Shown here one piece after another: positions 47,881 through 55,496 of a stretch of 64,000 nucleotides of DNA. The position numbers and the translations under genes are program-made. The first letter of the stretch is position 1. Every line of letters starts with the position of its first letter. The stretch covers positions 19,227-83,226 of the forward strand of contig JBBSTF010000005.1 of assembly GCA_038236135.1 (NCBI GenBank), written 5' to 3'. The notes beneath the pieces are model-generated. The model had not been told where the DNA came from. It worked only from the letters and a program-made list of their open reading frames with translations, and did not search any database. The stretch comes from Lysobacterales bacterium. GTDB taxonomy: Bacteria > Pseudomonadota > Gammaproteobacteria > Xanthomonadales > Rhodanobacteraceae.

Positions 47881-48271
47881 AGTTGTCCAAGGTGAAGAGT
47901 ATGTCGCCCGGTTTCTGTTCTCTTCGAACTCGTACAACGCTGCTGGGGTGAAGTGGACAGCATTTGACCCCAACCCGGTCAACGGCGAAACGTCGGTATT
48001 CCGCTCGCCATCCGAAATTCCTGAATCGCTCTGGGATGCCGGCAGGGAACTCTCGCGTGGGCGAGTGAACAGCCTGCATGGTGCCGCTCTCCTACAAGCC
48101 GAATCGGTGTTCGACGCTGGACTTCGCATTGTGCCAAGCGAACCTCCTGCCGCGCACGCCAACATCAACGGCTGGCCCGTGTCAGCGAATGATCCGGCGA
48201 TGCAGAAAGCTCGGCGCATCGAACTTGCAAAACTGCTGGCCCAGCGCGCGACGCTTGTCGTGACTCCCTGA
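47855..48271 (+). CDS. Small hypothetical protein, possible ADP-ribosyltransferase/RES-like fold
   Basis: EYVARFL, AFDP..ETSVFR, HANINGWP; GTG start with AAGGGAG RBS; overlaps the upstream gene. Confidence 0.65.
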   Translation: MALPSGLAEVVQGEEYVARFLFSSNSYNAAGVKWTAFDPNPVNGETSVFRSPSEIPESLWDAGRELSRGRVNSLHGAALLQAESVFDAGLRIVPSEPPAAHANINGWPVSANDPAMQKARRIELAKLLAQRATLVVTP

Positions 48272-48285
48272 GAGGGACGGCGATC

Positions 48286-50364
48286 ATGGAGTTCCGCATT
48301 GCCGACACTTTCACCGACAGCTTGGTAAGGCTGACCGGCGACGAGCAGAAGTCGGTGAAGACCACGGCGTTCGACCTGCAGATCAATCCTGCGAACCCAG
48401 GCATGCAGTTGCACAAGCTGGATCGAGCCAAAGACCAGAACTTCTGGTCAGTGCGGGTAAGCCGTGATATCCGCCTGATCGTGCACAAGACTGCGGCCAG
48501 CCTTTTGCTCTGTTACGTCGATCACCATGACGACGCGTACGCCTGGGCCGAGCGTCGGAAGCTGGAAACCCACCCGAAAACCGGCGCTGCGCAGTTGGTG
48601 GAGATTCGGGAGCGCGTAGAGGAAATCGCAATTCCGGTCTATGTGCAGGCCACGCTACCGGGTCTTGAGAAGCCGTTGCTGTTCACCGACTACAGCAATG
48701 ACCAGTTGCTGGGTTATGGGGTGCCGGTCGAATGGTTGAACGACGTCAAGGCAGCCAATGAAGACAGTCTGCTGGAGATCGCCGAGCACCTTCCTGCCGA
48801 GGCTGCCGAGGCGCTGTTGGAACTGGCTACGGGTGGAACGCCTGCGGTAACCGTCGCAGCGCCAAAGGGTGTCGACCCGTTCGAGCATCCCGATGCGCAG
48901 CGCCGCTTCCGCACGATGACCGATGTCGAGGAATTGCAACGCGCGCTGGAATTTCCGTGGGAGAAGTGGACGATCTTCCTGCACCCGGCGCAGCGACAGT
49001 GGGTAGAGCGCGACTACAGCGGACCAGCTCGCGTTTCGGGTTCCGCCGGCACCGGAAAGACTATCGTCGCGCTGCATCGCGCCGTGCACCTCGCAAAGAG
49101 CAACCCGGATGCTCGCGTGTTGCTAAGCACGTTTTCCAGGAACTTGGCGAACGCCCTGCGGACCAAATTGTTTCGGCTGGTTTCGAACCAGCCCACGCTG
49201 GCCGAACGCATCGATGTCGACACGATGGATGCCGTTGGCGTGCGACTCTACGAAAGGCAGTTCGGGAAACCGCAGATCGCGTCCCGCGACGAGATTGCAA
49301 CGCTGCTGAATCACGCGGCCGCAAATGTGGACGGGTTGAAGTTCAGTCCCGGCTTCCTGCTAGCCGAATGGCAGGAGGTAGTCGATCCGTGGCAGATAGA
49401 TAGTTGGGAGGAGTATCGCGATGTTCGCCGCCTCGGCCGCAAGACGCGCCTGCCTGAAGCCCAGCGTGCCTTGTTGTGGCAGGTGTTCGATACGGTGCGC
49501 GAGGCGCTACGAGCCAAAGGCAAGACCACCGTGGCGGCAATATTCACCAAACTCTGCGGAGCGATGCGCGAGAGAAAGCGGCCGCCGTACGATTTCGTAA
49601 TAGTCGACGAGGCGCAGGACATTGGTGTCGCTCAGTTGCGCTTCCTGTCCGCGCTGGGTGGAAGCGAGTCCAACGCCCTGTTTTTTGCGGGTGACTTGGG
49701 TCAGCGCATCTTCGAGCAACCATTTTCGTGGAAGTCGCAAGGCGTCGACATACGAGGTCGCTCGCGCACGCTGCACATCAACTACCGCACCTCGCATCAG
49801 ATTCGAGCGCAGGCAGATCGCCTGCTGGACCCGGAGGTTTCTGACGTTGACGGCAATGTTGAGACTCGCGCTGGCACGGTCTCGGTATTCAACGGTGAGC
49901 CACCCGTGATACGCAACTTCGCGACCCCCGAGTTGGAGTCTCAGGCCGTCGGAAGCTGGCTAGCCAAGTTGATGGAAGCGGGTATCCCCCCAAGTGAAGT
50001 GGGTGTGTTCGTACGATCGGACAACGAGATTCCGCGCGCGCTTGCGGCGGTATCGACAGCCGGCTTTCCGGCCAGGGTCTTTAGCGAGCGGACATCCGGT
50101 GAAGAAATTGGTGTCTGCGTATCCACCATGCACATGGCGAAAGGCATGGAGTTCCGCGTGGTTGCCGTCATGGCCTGCGACGACGAGGTGCTGCCACTGC
50201 AAGCACGCATCGAATCGGTCACTGACGAGTCCGAACTTGCCGAGGTGTATGCAACGGAGCGGCACCTGCTTTACGTGGCCTGCACCCGCGCCCGCGATCA
50301 CCTACACATTTCAGCCGTGGCACCAGCTTCGGAATTTCTTGACGACTTGGTCGCGACACGTTGA
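48286..50364 (+). CDS. SF1 (UvrD-like) helicase with N-terminal RelE/ParE-like domain
   Basis: N-terminal LHKL..FWSVRVSRDIRLIV; GSAGTGKT, IVDEAQD, GDLGQRI, NYRT, AKGMEF, LYVACTRAR. Confidence 0.88.
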   Translation: MEFRIADTFTDSLVRLTGDEQKSVKTTAFDLQINPANPGMQLHKLDRAKDQNFWSVRVSRDIRLIVHKTAASLLLCYVDHHDDAYAWAERRKLETHPKTGAAQLVEIRERVEEIAIPVYVQATLPGLEKPLLFTDYSNDQLLGYGVPVEWLNDVKAANEDSLLEIAEHLPAEAAEALLELATGGTPAVTVAAPKGVDPFEHPDAQRRFRTMTDVEELQRALEFPWEKWTIFLHPAQRQWVERDYSGPARVSGSAGTGKTIVALHRAVHLAKSNPDARVLLSTFSRNLANALRTKLFRLVSNQPTLAERIDVDTMDAVGVRLYERQFGKPQIASRDEIATLLNHAAANVDGLKFSPGFLLAEWQEVVDPWQIDSWEEYRDVRRLGRKTRLPEAQRALLWQVFDTVREALRAKGKTTVAAIFTKLCGAMRERKRPPYDFVIVDEAQDIGVAQLRFLSALGGSESNALFFAGDLGQRIFEQPFSWKSQGVDIRGRSRTLHINYRTSHQIRAQADRLLDPEVSDVDGNVETRAGTVSVFNGEPPVIRNFATPELESQAVGSWLAKLMEAGIPPSEVGVFVRSDNEIPRALAAVSTAGFPARVFSERTSGEEIGVCVSTMHMAKGMEFRVVAVMACDDEVLPLQARIESVTDESELAEVYATERHLLYVACTRARDHLHISAVAPASEFLDDLVATR

Positions 50365-50404
50365 TGTGGCAAAACCAACATAGAACGATGGCTTGGGTTT
50401 CGAA

Positions 50405-50749
50405 CTAGAACAAATCCTGTCTCTCGTTCTCGCGCGAGACAAAGGCGGCTCCCATGTTCAGGCGGAATGTGCCGATGCTCAGGCGCCCGTCTACCATTTC
50501 GATCGTGATCGGCTTTGTCCGAGGAAATGTCGCGAGTACTTTCGTAAAGATATTGCGGGGAACGACACAGGCGCCGGCGATCCCGACTTGGGCCGGAACA
50601 AAAGCGCTACTCTGGTTCGTCTCAAACTTGACCCCGTTAGCCGACGCTTTCATGCGCAGGTTGATATCCCTGCGCAGTCCGCTTGGGTGCTTTCGTTCGA
50701 TGGCCCGTACCGCCTTCAGTAGTGACGGCACGTCGCTGGAAAATTTCAT
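50405..50749 (-). CDS. Single-domain protein resembling domain I of the beta sliding clamp
   Basis: MKF...LLKAV..I and GACVVPRNIFTKVLATFPRTKPITIEMVDGRLSI parallel E. coli DnaN MKF...LLKPL..V and GATTVPARKFFDICRGLPEGAEIAVQLEGERMLV. Ends in RQDLF. Confidence 0.65.
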   Translation of the reverse strand: MKFSSDVPSLLKAVRAIERKHPSGLRRDINLRMKASANGVKFETNQSSAFVPAQVGIAGACVVPRNIFTKVLATFPRTKPITIEMVDGRLSIGTFRLNMGAAFVSRENERQDLF

Positions 50750-50886
50750 GTGTTCCAAGCCTTCGTTGAACTGACTGAGTCGTCCGGCAAGATGCCCGAC
50801 GACATCTACCTCGTACGCTGCAGAACTGCAAAGTCAGTTTGTTCCCGCCTGTTTCTGAAGTCCATTGGATTCGCAGCCGAGCGGAC

Positions 50887-50974
50887 TGTTCCCATGTCCC
50901 CGGAGATCGGATGCGCGTGGGGGCGGATGTACGGGCCAGCGCCATTGACGTTCCCCACCGTCCCCAGTGTCCCC
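50887..50974. repeat. Iteron-like GTCCCC repeat cluster 3 near attR
   Basis: TGTTCCCATGTCCCC (50887-50901) and GTTCCCCACCGTCCCCAGTGTCCCC (50950-50974). Confidence 0.6.
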
Positions 50975-51209
50975 GCTGAAACTTGTACGACATTTCCTCG
51001 GGTGGAGCCTGGACCAGCGTTCCGCTGTGCGAGTCACCAGTTAGAGCCGACTGTGGGTACTGACTCTATGCTTCATAGATGACCGCGGGCTTGGATGGGG
51101 TAGGCGCAACGGCACTCGTCATCGTATTCTCAGACTTGGATCGACAGAGCGAGAGCGACACCTATCGTCATCTGTCCACACCTACCCGCGTATCAAGCGC
51201 GCACCTCGT

Positions 51210-51228
51210 GGGGGCATATTTGGGGGCA
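51210..51228 (+). repeat. Putative integrase arm-binding site (right)
   Basis: GGGGGCATATTTGGGGGCA, identical to 22426-22444. Confidence 0.75.
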
Positions 51229-51277
51229 CATTCTTGGTATCGCCTCCGCAAACGGCTAAATCGTTGACGATTCGTTG

Positions 51278-51296
51278 CCCCTCTTGGGCACCAATC
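51278..51296 (+). repeat. attR core
   Basis: CCCCTCTTGGGCACCAATC, a duplicate of the tRNA-Leu 3' end. Confidence 0.95.
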
Positions 51297-51335
51297 GCAG
51301 TTCGGAAACGCGTCCAGCGGGTTTCCGGTAGCAAC

Positions 51336-51366
51336 AAAAAACCCCGCTACTTGCGGGGTTTTTTTT
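51336..51366. terminator. Bidirectional terminator (probably the original tRNA-Leu terminator)
   Basis: A-run, CCCCGC-TACTT-GCGGGG, then T-run. Confidence 0.8.
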
Positions 51367-51389
51367 GGCGAAGGTTTTGGCAGTTTCGA

Positions 51390-52136
51390 CTATTCGACAG
51401 AAAAATTCTGTAGCGTCACTGGAGTTGTCTGCCCATATAGCTGGAATGTCATTCCACCGTTGGACGCGAGGCCGCAACTGGTCGGGGCGCTCCAGTCCGT
51501 ACAGCCAGTCTCGTATCCATTACCGGGATTACGCCAGACAATGGAGTTACCGGGCATCCCCGTTTCCTGAGTCACGTAAGCGCCGCCCTCCTGATCAGCA
51601 AACGAAAGGTTTCCGGAGAAACCCATCCAGTAGTGTCCTTGCGGCAGCGCACACACTTCCGGCAAGGACAAAACGGATGTGATGAACGCTTCACTGTAAA
51701 ACAATGAGATATTCGTGTGGGCGCATCCTGGAACTACTGCGCCGGGGCGACCAGTGCCCGCATCGTAATAGAACGTGATGTTGCCGGTGGTTGAAGGACG
51801 CACCGGGGTGCCACCGCTGTGGTAGAAGCTTCCCAGCCGGACCACCGATACTGCCCAACCGCCGTCGGGTACGTCAAAGTCGTCTGCCAATTCAGTATCG
51901 AAGGCTTGCTGTCCTTGATCCAGGTTGGTCATTGCCAGGATGCCCTCGAAACGCGGAGATCCCGTCTGATTGAAAAGCAACGGCGCGCCACCGCTCGGTG
52001 CCGCTGCTTCGGCGAATGCCTTCGTTGTCTTCGCTTGCGCGGGGGCGTGTGCTGTCTCGGCTTGCGCGACACAAGCAGCGAATGCTGTTGCGATCGCGAT
52101 TGCGAGCGTTGGTTTTGATTTTAAGATAATCGACAT
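51390..52136 (-). CDS. Secreted hypothetical protein
   Basis: Signal peptide from MSIILKSK (52136) with an AGGAGAG RBS; two Cys pairs; ends TPVTLQNFSVE. Confidence 0.75.
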   Translation of the reverse strand: MSIILKSKPTLAIAIATAFAACVAQAETAHAPAQAKTTKAFAEAAAPSGGAPLLFNQTGSPRFEGILAMTNLDQGQQAFDTELADDFDVPDGGWAVSVVRLGSFYHSGGTPVRPSTTGNITFYYDAGTGRPGAVVPGCAHTNISLFYSEAFITSVLSLPEVCALPQGHYWMGFSGNLSFADQEGGAYVTQETGMPGNSIVWRNPGNGYETGCTDWSAPTSCGLASNGGMTFQLYGQTTPVTLQNFSVE

Positions 52137-52341
52137 GGGGCTCTCCTTGGTTGGCGACAAATGCCGCCTCTGGTGGCTAGTTCCTTGTTGGAGCATACGC
52201 CGAATCAGATGTTGCCGGGAGTGAGCGTATTTATGGATATTTTGTTTGCCGCGCCGTGTGACAGTGAGGTTTTTAAGATCGTCGCCAGCAACGAAAAAGC
52301 CCGCCAATCGGCGGGCCTTTCGTAACCTGACATCCAACGCG

Positions 52342-53544
52342 TCAGTGGCTGTGGGCGAGCTGATAACCCTTGAGGCGACCAGCGAAGTCGGACAGCGTGC
52401 GAATGCCACTGGCTTCAGCTTCCTGGCACCACTGCTTGAGGCTCTCCATCATCGCGTCGGCATTGCGGCCGTTGCGATCAAGCAGGCCAGCCAGTCGTGC
52501 ACGGAAATCACAAACCGTAGCCAACACCGGGCGTTCGCTGACCACGGCATCCAACTCGCGACGCGAACCAGCGTCGAGCCATCGACCACCGTTAGCCAAT
52601 CCCTTGCGCAGCTTGCGCGGCAGGGCCTTCATTCCGACGCCAGCATTGCCGACTTCATCGCGCAAGGTTGGTGCGATGACACCCTTGAAGTAGTCCGACA
52701 GCACGTGGACGCGATGCGACAGAACGGCTTTCACCGTTTCCACGTCGGGCAGCTTCACATTCGGGCGCACGTCTAGCGTTGCGGCAACGCGCAACACCTT
52801 GGCAAGGCCGATCGCTTCAAACAGGCGGATCGCGCCCCAGCCAATATCGATCTCGAACTTGCGCAGGGCAAATTTGGCGGAGCTCGGAAAAGCATGGTGA
52901 TTGTTGTGCAGTTCTTCGCCGCCGATGATCAGGCCCCAAGGGGTGAGATTGGTGGACATGTCGGCTGATTCGAAATTGCGGTAACCCCACCAGTGGCCCA
53001 AACCATTGACGACGCCTGCAGCCCAGAAGGGAATCCAGACCATTTGCAGTGCCCACAACGCAACACCGACAACCCCGAACAGTGCGATGCATATGAAAAG
53101 GAGTAAGGTCGGTCCGACCGACGGGAAGCGTCCATAGACGTTGCGCTCAACCCAATCATCCGGCGTGCCGATGCCGTACTTGATCATCGTCTCGGGATTC
53201 TTGCATTCCTGCTGGTACAGCGCGACGCCGTCGAGGACAACCTTGCGAATGCCTTTGTGCAGCGGGCTGTGCGGATCTTCTTCGGTCTCGCAACGCGCAT
53301 GGTGCTTGCGATGAATGGCGACCCATTCCTTGGTGACCATGGCCGTTGACAGCCACGCCCACAGCCGGAACACATGCGCCAGCGCCGGATGGAAATCGAC
53401 GGCACGATGGGTCTGGCTGCGATGCAGATAGAGCGTTACCGAGAAGATCGTCAATTGGGTAGCGACGATGAAATAGGTGATCCACGCAGGCCAGGAAGCC
53501 TGGGTCAAACCGCGCGCGGCGAAGTTGACGAGAGTGTCGATCAT
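52342..53544 (-). CDS. Fatty acid (acyl-CoA) desaturase, DesA-type
   Basis: His boxes HRSQTH, HRKHH, HNNHH; C-terminal helical extension. Start moved to 53544. Confidence 0.92.
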   Translation of the reverse strand: MIDTLVNFAARGLTQASWPAWITYFIVATQLTIFSVTLYLHRSQTHRAVDFHPALAHVFRLWAWLSTAMVTKEWVAIHRKHHARCETEEDPHSPLHKGIRKVVLDGVALYQQECKNPETMIKYGIGTPDDWVERNVYGRFPSVGPTLLLFICIALFGVVGVALWALQMVWIPFWAAGVVNGLGHWWGYRNFESADMSTNLTPWGLIIGGEELHNNHHAFPSSAKFALRKFEIDIGWGAIRLFEAIGLAKVLRVAATLDVRPNVKLPDVETVKAVLSHRVHVLSDYFKGVIAPTLRDEVGNAGVGMKALPRKLRKGLANGGRWLDAGSRRELDAVVSERPVLATVCDFRARLAGLLDRNGRNADAMMESLKQWCQEAEASGIRTLSDFAGRLKGYQLAHSH

Positions 53545-53811
53545 GGATATCGGGTTCCCGAATAGAGGTGGATACAACGAATCAACTATACCGGAACTGA
53601 CGTGGGTTCGTCGGGCGCGAAGTCAAGTAAACGTGTGATCTAGCTCGAAAATTTTCGTTTATTTGCAGCATTGATCAATACGTCGGCGTACGGATATCCC
53701 ACACTTTCATCGCTTTCAGTGCGTATGGGACTGGAGGCGCGGGAATGTAACGTGAAGCGCTATCGTTCTATTGCTTGCTTCCCCGAAACTGAACACGCAA
53801 CATCCTTGCAT

Positions 53812-54744
53812 ATGAGTCCTTCCCCCCTGCTTGCCGTCAGTCATGTTGGCTATCAGCTTCGCGAACGTCGCTTGGTCGACGATATCGACCTCGCCGTCAG
53901 TTGCGGTGAAGTGTTGGGATTGCTTGGCGTCAACGGAGCGGGAAAGACGACGACGCTGCGAATGATCGCCGGCGTGTTGGCTCCAACTTCTGGAAGCATT
54001 CGAATTGACGGAGCTGACCTGTACGAACAGCCCGAACTGGCGCGACGTCGGATTGGTTATCTGCCAGAAAGACCACCCCTGCACGACGAATTGACCGTTC
54101 GCGAATACTTGGCGTTCTGTGCTCGGCTGCGCGGCATTTCGCGCGACATGGTAGAAACCGCCGTCATCGATGCGATGGCATCCTGCGATTTGACCGAACA
54201 ACGGCAACGCTTGATCGGAACGCTGTCACAGGGCTTCCGGCAACGCATCGGTATCGCGCAGGCCATCGTGCATCAACCGGATCTGGTTGTTCTCGACGAA
54301 CCGGCGGCCGGTCTGGATCCGGTGCAGGCCCAAGCCTTGCGCACCCTCATCGGCGAACTCGGCAGGACGCGCGCGGTGATCCTGTCGACCCATTTGCTCA
54401 ATGATGTGACCGCGTGTTGTGATCGTATCGCGATCCTCCACCACGGTCGATTGCGATATACCAGCCGACTCGATGATTTGGCCTCACGTGATGTGCAGAG
54501 CATCGCCGTCGGGCGTGATCTGGCGATGGTCGATTGGCTCGCGCTGCCTGAAGTCGTCGCTGCGGAACCGGCACCGGGTCGACGCTGGCGCGTTCAACTA
54601 TCACCCAACGCCGACCTGGCGGCGCTCGCCAGCGCCGTCGTGACGCGCGGTTGGGGCATGACCGAACTGCGGCCCGATCACGCGGCACTTGACGCAATCT
54701 TCCTCGACATCGCCTTGAGCCCGGCAATGGACGAAGTGGCATGA
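53812..54744 (+). CDS. ABC transporter ATP-binding protein (GldA-like)
   Basis: GVNGAGKTT, LSQGFRQRIGIAQA, LDEP, STH. Confidence 0.9.
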   Translation: MSPSPLLAVSHVGYQLRERRLVDDIDLAVSCGEVLGLLGVNGAGKTTTLRMIAGVLAPTSGSIRIDGADLYEQPELARRRIGYLPERPPLHDELTVREYLAFCARLRGISRDMVETAVIDAMASCDLTEQRQRLIGTLSQGFRQRIGIAQAIVHQPDLVVLDEPAAGLDPVQAQALRTLIGELGRTRAVILSTHLLNDVTACCDRIAILHHGRLRYTSRLDDLASRDVQSIAVGRDLAMVDWLALPEVVAAEPAPGRRWRVQLSPNADLAALASAVVTRGWGMTELRPDHAALDAIFLDIALSPAMDEVA

Positions 54745-55496
54745 CCGCGCTTCTGGTCGCGATGCACGAACTTCGCCGGCAATGGGTACAGCCATTCGTT
54801 TGGATACTCGCTGGCATCTTGCTGGCCTTGATGTCCTGGCAGTTCCTGCTCGCCGTCGGCGCATACCTGCAAGTCAGTCCACGACTGGGCGCAATGCCGA
54901 ACGCACCGGGCGTTACCGACCTGGTCGCGATTCCACTACTGCGCAGTCTTGCGACGGTGTTGCTGGTTGTGATTCCGCTACTGACGATGCGCAGCTTCGC
55001 TGGCGAGCGACGGGATCACAGCTTGGTGCTGTTGCTGGCTGCGGGAATCGGCGACACGCGCATCGTCATCGGAAAATTTTTCGCCTGCTGGGCCATCGTG
55101 CTGGTGTTGATCGTGCTGGTTGCGTTGCTGCCGCTGTCGTTGCGGATGGGAACAGCCATCGACACCGGTCAATTGCTGGCAGCGATGGTTGGACTCGCGC
55201 TGTACGCCGCCGCCGTGACGGCCATCGGCATTGCGAGTTCCGCGTGTACGGCGCAACCGGCGCTTGCTGCGGCGCTGGCTTTCGTGGTCTCGGCGTTGCT
55301 CGGCATCATTGATCTGGGCGCACGGCTGGAAGGCGTCGACCGCAGCGCGATTAATTACCTTGCCTTGCCGACCCACTTCGAACCCTTCCTGCGCGGCATC
55401 GTGTCCAGTGTCGACGTGATCTATTTCGTCCTGCTGACTGGCTTGGCTTTGTTCGTGGCAACGCTGCGCGTGGCCGGACTGAGGCGGATCGCCTGA
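54741..55496 (+). CDS. ABC-2 permease (GldF-like)
   Basis: Multiple TMs; PLLTMRSFAGERR, VIGKF, DVIYF. Confidence 0.88.
   Translation: MTALLVAMHELRRQWVQPFVWILAGILLALMSWQFLLAVGAYLQVSPRLGAMPNAPGVTDLVAIPLLRSLATVLLVVIPLLTMRSFAGERRDHSLVLLLAAGIGDTRIVIGKFFACWAIVLVLIVLVALLPLSLRMGTAIDTGQLLAAMVGLALYAAAVTAIGIASSACTAQPALAAALAFVVSALLGIIDLGARLEGVDRSAINYLALPTHFEPFLRGIVSSVDVIYFVLLTGLALFVATLRVAGLRRIA

Larger units (their letters stand above)
22285..51296. mobile_element. ~29 kb integrative element / defence island (P4-integrase, PICI/IME-like) in tRNA-Leu
   Basis: Direct repeat CCCCTCTTGGGCACCAATC at 22285-22303 and 51278-51296; integrase next to attL; AlpA and DUF927; similar terminators after both att sites (22344-22370, 51336-51366). 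Confidence 0.93.
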
